Shown: piece by piece, positions 62,449 through 64,000 of the stretch | How positions within the stretch are numbered: the first letter of the stretch is position 1 | Layout: the number at the start of each line of letters is the position of its first letter | Made by a program: the position numbers and the translations under genes | Assembly (NCBI GenBank): GCA_963777155.1 | Contig: CAVZPM010000009.1 | Location: 103,160-167,159, forward strand | Origin: Candidatus Bathyarchaeota archaeon | GTDB taxonomy: Archaea; Thermoproteota; Bathyarchaeia; Bathyarchaeales; Bathycorpusculaceae | Direction: 5' to 3' | DNA: 64,000 nt | The notes under the pieces: generated by a model | Database searches by the model: none | Seen by the model: the letters and a program-made list of their open reading frames with translations, nothing else | Told to the model about the DNA's origin: nothing

Positions 62449-62802
62449 TCAGCTCTTCTTTATTCGGCGCACTCTTATTTTCGTCTCTGAGACAATAATG
62501 ACGTTTCCCAGAATGGCATCGCTGTGAGAGGCGAGGATGAAAGAAACAATTTTCACTTTGTTTTCGATGCTCTCGTTACTTAACCTCAGCAGAATCATAC
62601 CAGGCAGTTTGTTGAAGCCGACAAGTCTGCCAAAGTATTTGTCGTTTGTTACAATTACACGATTTTCCTCAATTGCTTTTCTTACAATTTCCTCGTCTGA
62701 GGCGCCCTTCATGCATTCGATAACGGAAACTGAGTCAAATCCCAGTTGAGTCAGTTTTTTAGAAACCCAAATACCAGTACATTCATCAACCAAGAACTTC
62801 AC
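62449..62802 (-). CDS. DUF5615 PIN-like toxin
   Basis: KFLVDEC...GASDEEI...ENRVIVTNDKYFG. Confidence 0.9.
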   Translation of the reverse strand: MKFLVDECTGIWVSKKLTQLGFDSVSVIECMKGASDEEIVRKAIEENRVIVTNDKYFGRLVGFNKLPGMILLRLSNESIENKVKIVSFILASHSDAILGNVIIVSETKIRVRRIKKS

Positions 62803-62812
62803 AGAATCAAGC

Positions 62813-63058
62813 TCACGTGACTGTTATAGGGTAGACCTCTTCTTCACCTGCGACTTTGGCGGCATAAAGCAAAACTGCGGCGACATCATCTTTTGACAGG
62901 TGCGGATAATCCTTTAGAATTTCTTTTGTTGTTAGGCCTTGAGCGAGCATCTTTAACACTTGCTCAACGGTGATTCGTGTACCCTTTACAATGGGCTTTC
63001 CACCCATAATTTTTGGGTTTACGACGATGCGTTCCAAGAGCTCTTCTTCAACATTCAT
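62813..63058 (-). CDS. DUF433 antitoxin
   Basis: RIVVNPKIMGGKPIVKGTRITV...YPHL...YAA. Confidence 0.92.
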   Translation of the reverse strand: MNVEEELLERIVVNPKIMGGKPIVKGTRITVEQVLKMLAQGLTTKEILKDYPHLSKDDVAAVLLYAAKVAGEEEVYPITVT

Positions 63059-63179
63059 GTTACCTAACCTTCAATTATTCTATGGTACTTCCAACTAATA
63101 AAATGTAGACAAACAACTCTAAAGAATGCTGTGTAAGACGAGGATTAATCGCGAATAGGAGAAAAGCGCTCAGAAAGTT

Positions 63180-63206
63180 ATCGCCGCGTTCGCAACGCGG
63201 AGGTCG
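63180..63206 (+). repeat. tRNA-Ala(CGC) internal fragment (anticodon arm and variable loop)
   Basis: ATCG-CCGCG-TTCGCAA-CGCGG-AGGTC-G: 5-bp stem, 7-nt loop with U33, CGC and A37. Confidence 0.7.
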
Positions 63207-63326
63207 GAAGTTTTGGCTATTCATTACACTCTTACTCGCATGGATTCAGGCTAAAAGGATAAGACTTTAACAGGAGATAGCGGGATAAAAAACGAACAGT
63301 TCTTGCGGAATCTCGGCCATTTTATG

Positions 63327-64000
63327 TTATCTTGGAATTACTGCTAGAAACGGTTCAGGTGATAGTTCTACTGTTGCGTATACTGCTAGGGCTATGCTCC
63401 AGAAGACGTCGTCGTGTGTGCCGTTGGGGTGTGAGTAGCCTATAGTGCCGTCTTTGCGTAGGTCGTAGCGTTCAACGTTTAGTTCAGTACATATGTCTCC
63501 TCGGTACGGTCGCTCCCAGTTGAGAAGCGGATAGAAAAACTTGCTATTCGACATCCTCTGCTTTAACAGACTTGCCATTTCGCTTTTGCGTGGGACGCTA
63601 AAGTTTACGCCTTCTACATTGTCTATGCCAGAGTTTTCCATGTCGGCAATTATGCTTGGTCCTTCACGGGTATAGTCGACGCGGATTTTTTCGAAACTGC
63701 CAAAGCGATCTTGAACCTGCTTGATAAAACCCAACACATGCGCATACCTGGTCGGTTGGTTAAAAATCTTCAAAAATCGCAAATAAAGTGTGTCGTTAAG
63801 GCTTTCCACTAAGCTAAAAACGCAGTAGTCGCGGGTCTGCGCAAGATCTAAGCCTCCGAAAAATTTGCCTTCATAATTGTTTTCTGGGTCAAATGGTTGA
63901 AGGTCTACCCCGCAATTCTTTGAGGTGCCAATGCATGAAACGATCAAGCTCTGGGGTAACCAGACGTCTTCGTCTTCTGCCCACTCAGCCTCCATCTCCC
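63327..64000 (-). CDS. Terminase large subunit, C-terminal RNase H-like nuclease domain (partial)
   Basis: MEAEW, GLDLAQTRD, VDYT and HDDVFWSIALA acidic motifs. Confidence 0.85.
   Translation of the reverse strand, partial: EMEAEWAEDEDVWLPQSLIVSCIGTSKNCGVDLQPFDPENNYEGKFFGGLDLAQTRDYCVFSLVESLNDTLYLRFLKIFNQPTRYAHVLGFIKQVQDRFGSFEKIRVDYTREGPSIIADMENSGIDNVEGVNFSVPRKSEMASLLKQRMSNSKFFYPLLNWERPYRGDICTELNVERYDLRKDGTIGYSHPNGTHDDVFWSIALAVYATVELSPEPFLAVIPR

Noticed and set aside
62414-63207. Functional split or permuted tRNA-Ala gene
   Set aside because: The 5-prime acceptor strand and an intact D-arm are missing, and no bulge-helix-bulge or complementary leader is visible; treated as recombination scars.

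Overview
Archaeal chromosome segment. Gene content and style (ACDS operon, cofE, Ftr paralogue, PEF-CTERM and PQQ-like propeller surface proteins, stand-alone terminase) best fit Bathyarchaeia; this assignment is inference. The left and central parts hold housekeeping and C1 metabolism: nucleotide-sugar genes, guaA, cysE/cysK, tRNA-Leu(GAG), argS, two deoxyhypusine-synthase paralogues, a RimK/RLAN/GCS2 ligase cluster, cofE with metF-like and frhB-like genes, a copper/redox island (copA), the cooC-cdhABCDE operon, and two convergent purine operons. The right end is accessory: TA pairs, a solo TIR-like protein, tRNA-Gly(CCC), tRNA fragments and a terminase. Strongest leads: (1) purF-purD is translationally coupled to a HAD phosphatase, an Ftr paralogue and a PfkB kinase, while purN/purT are absent from the window, suggesting a new GAR-formylation route; (2) two complementary pieces of a tRNA-Ala(CGC), in permuted order, bracket a toxin-antitoxin pair next to a solo terminase; (3) an intact but apparently catalytically dead nucleotide-sugar dehydrogenase. 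At least seven frameshifts, several in core genes, are probably consensus errors.
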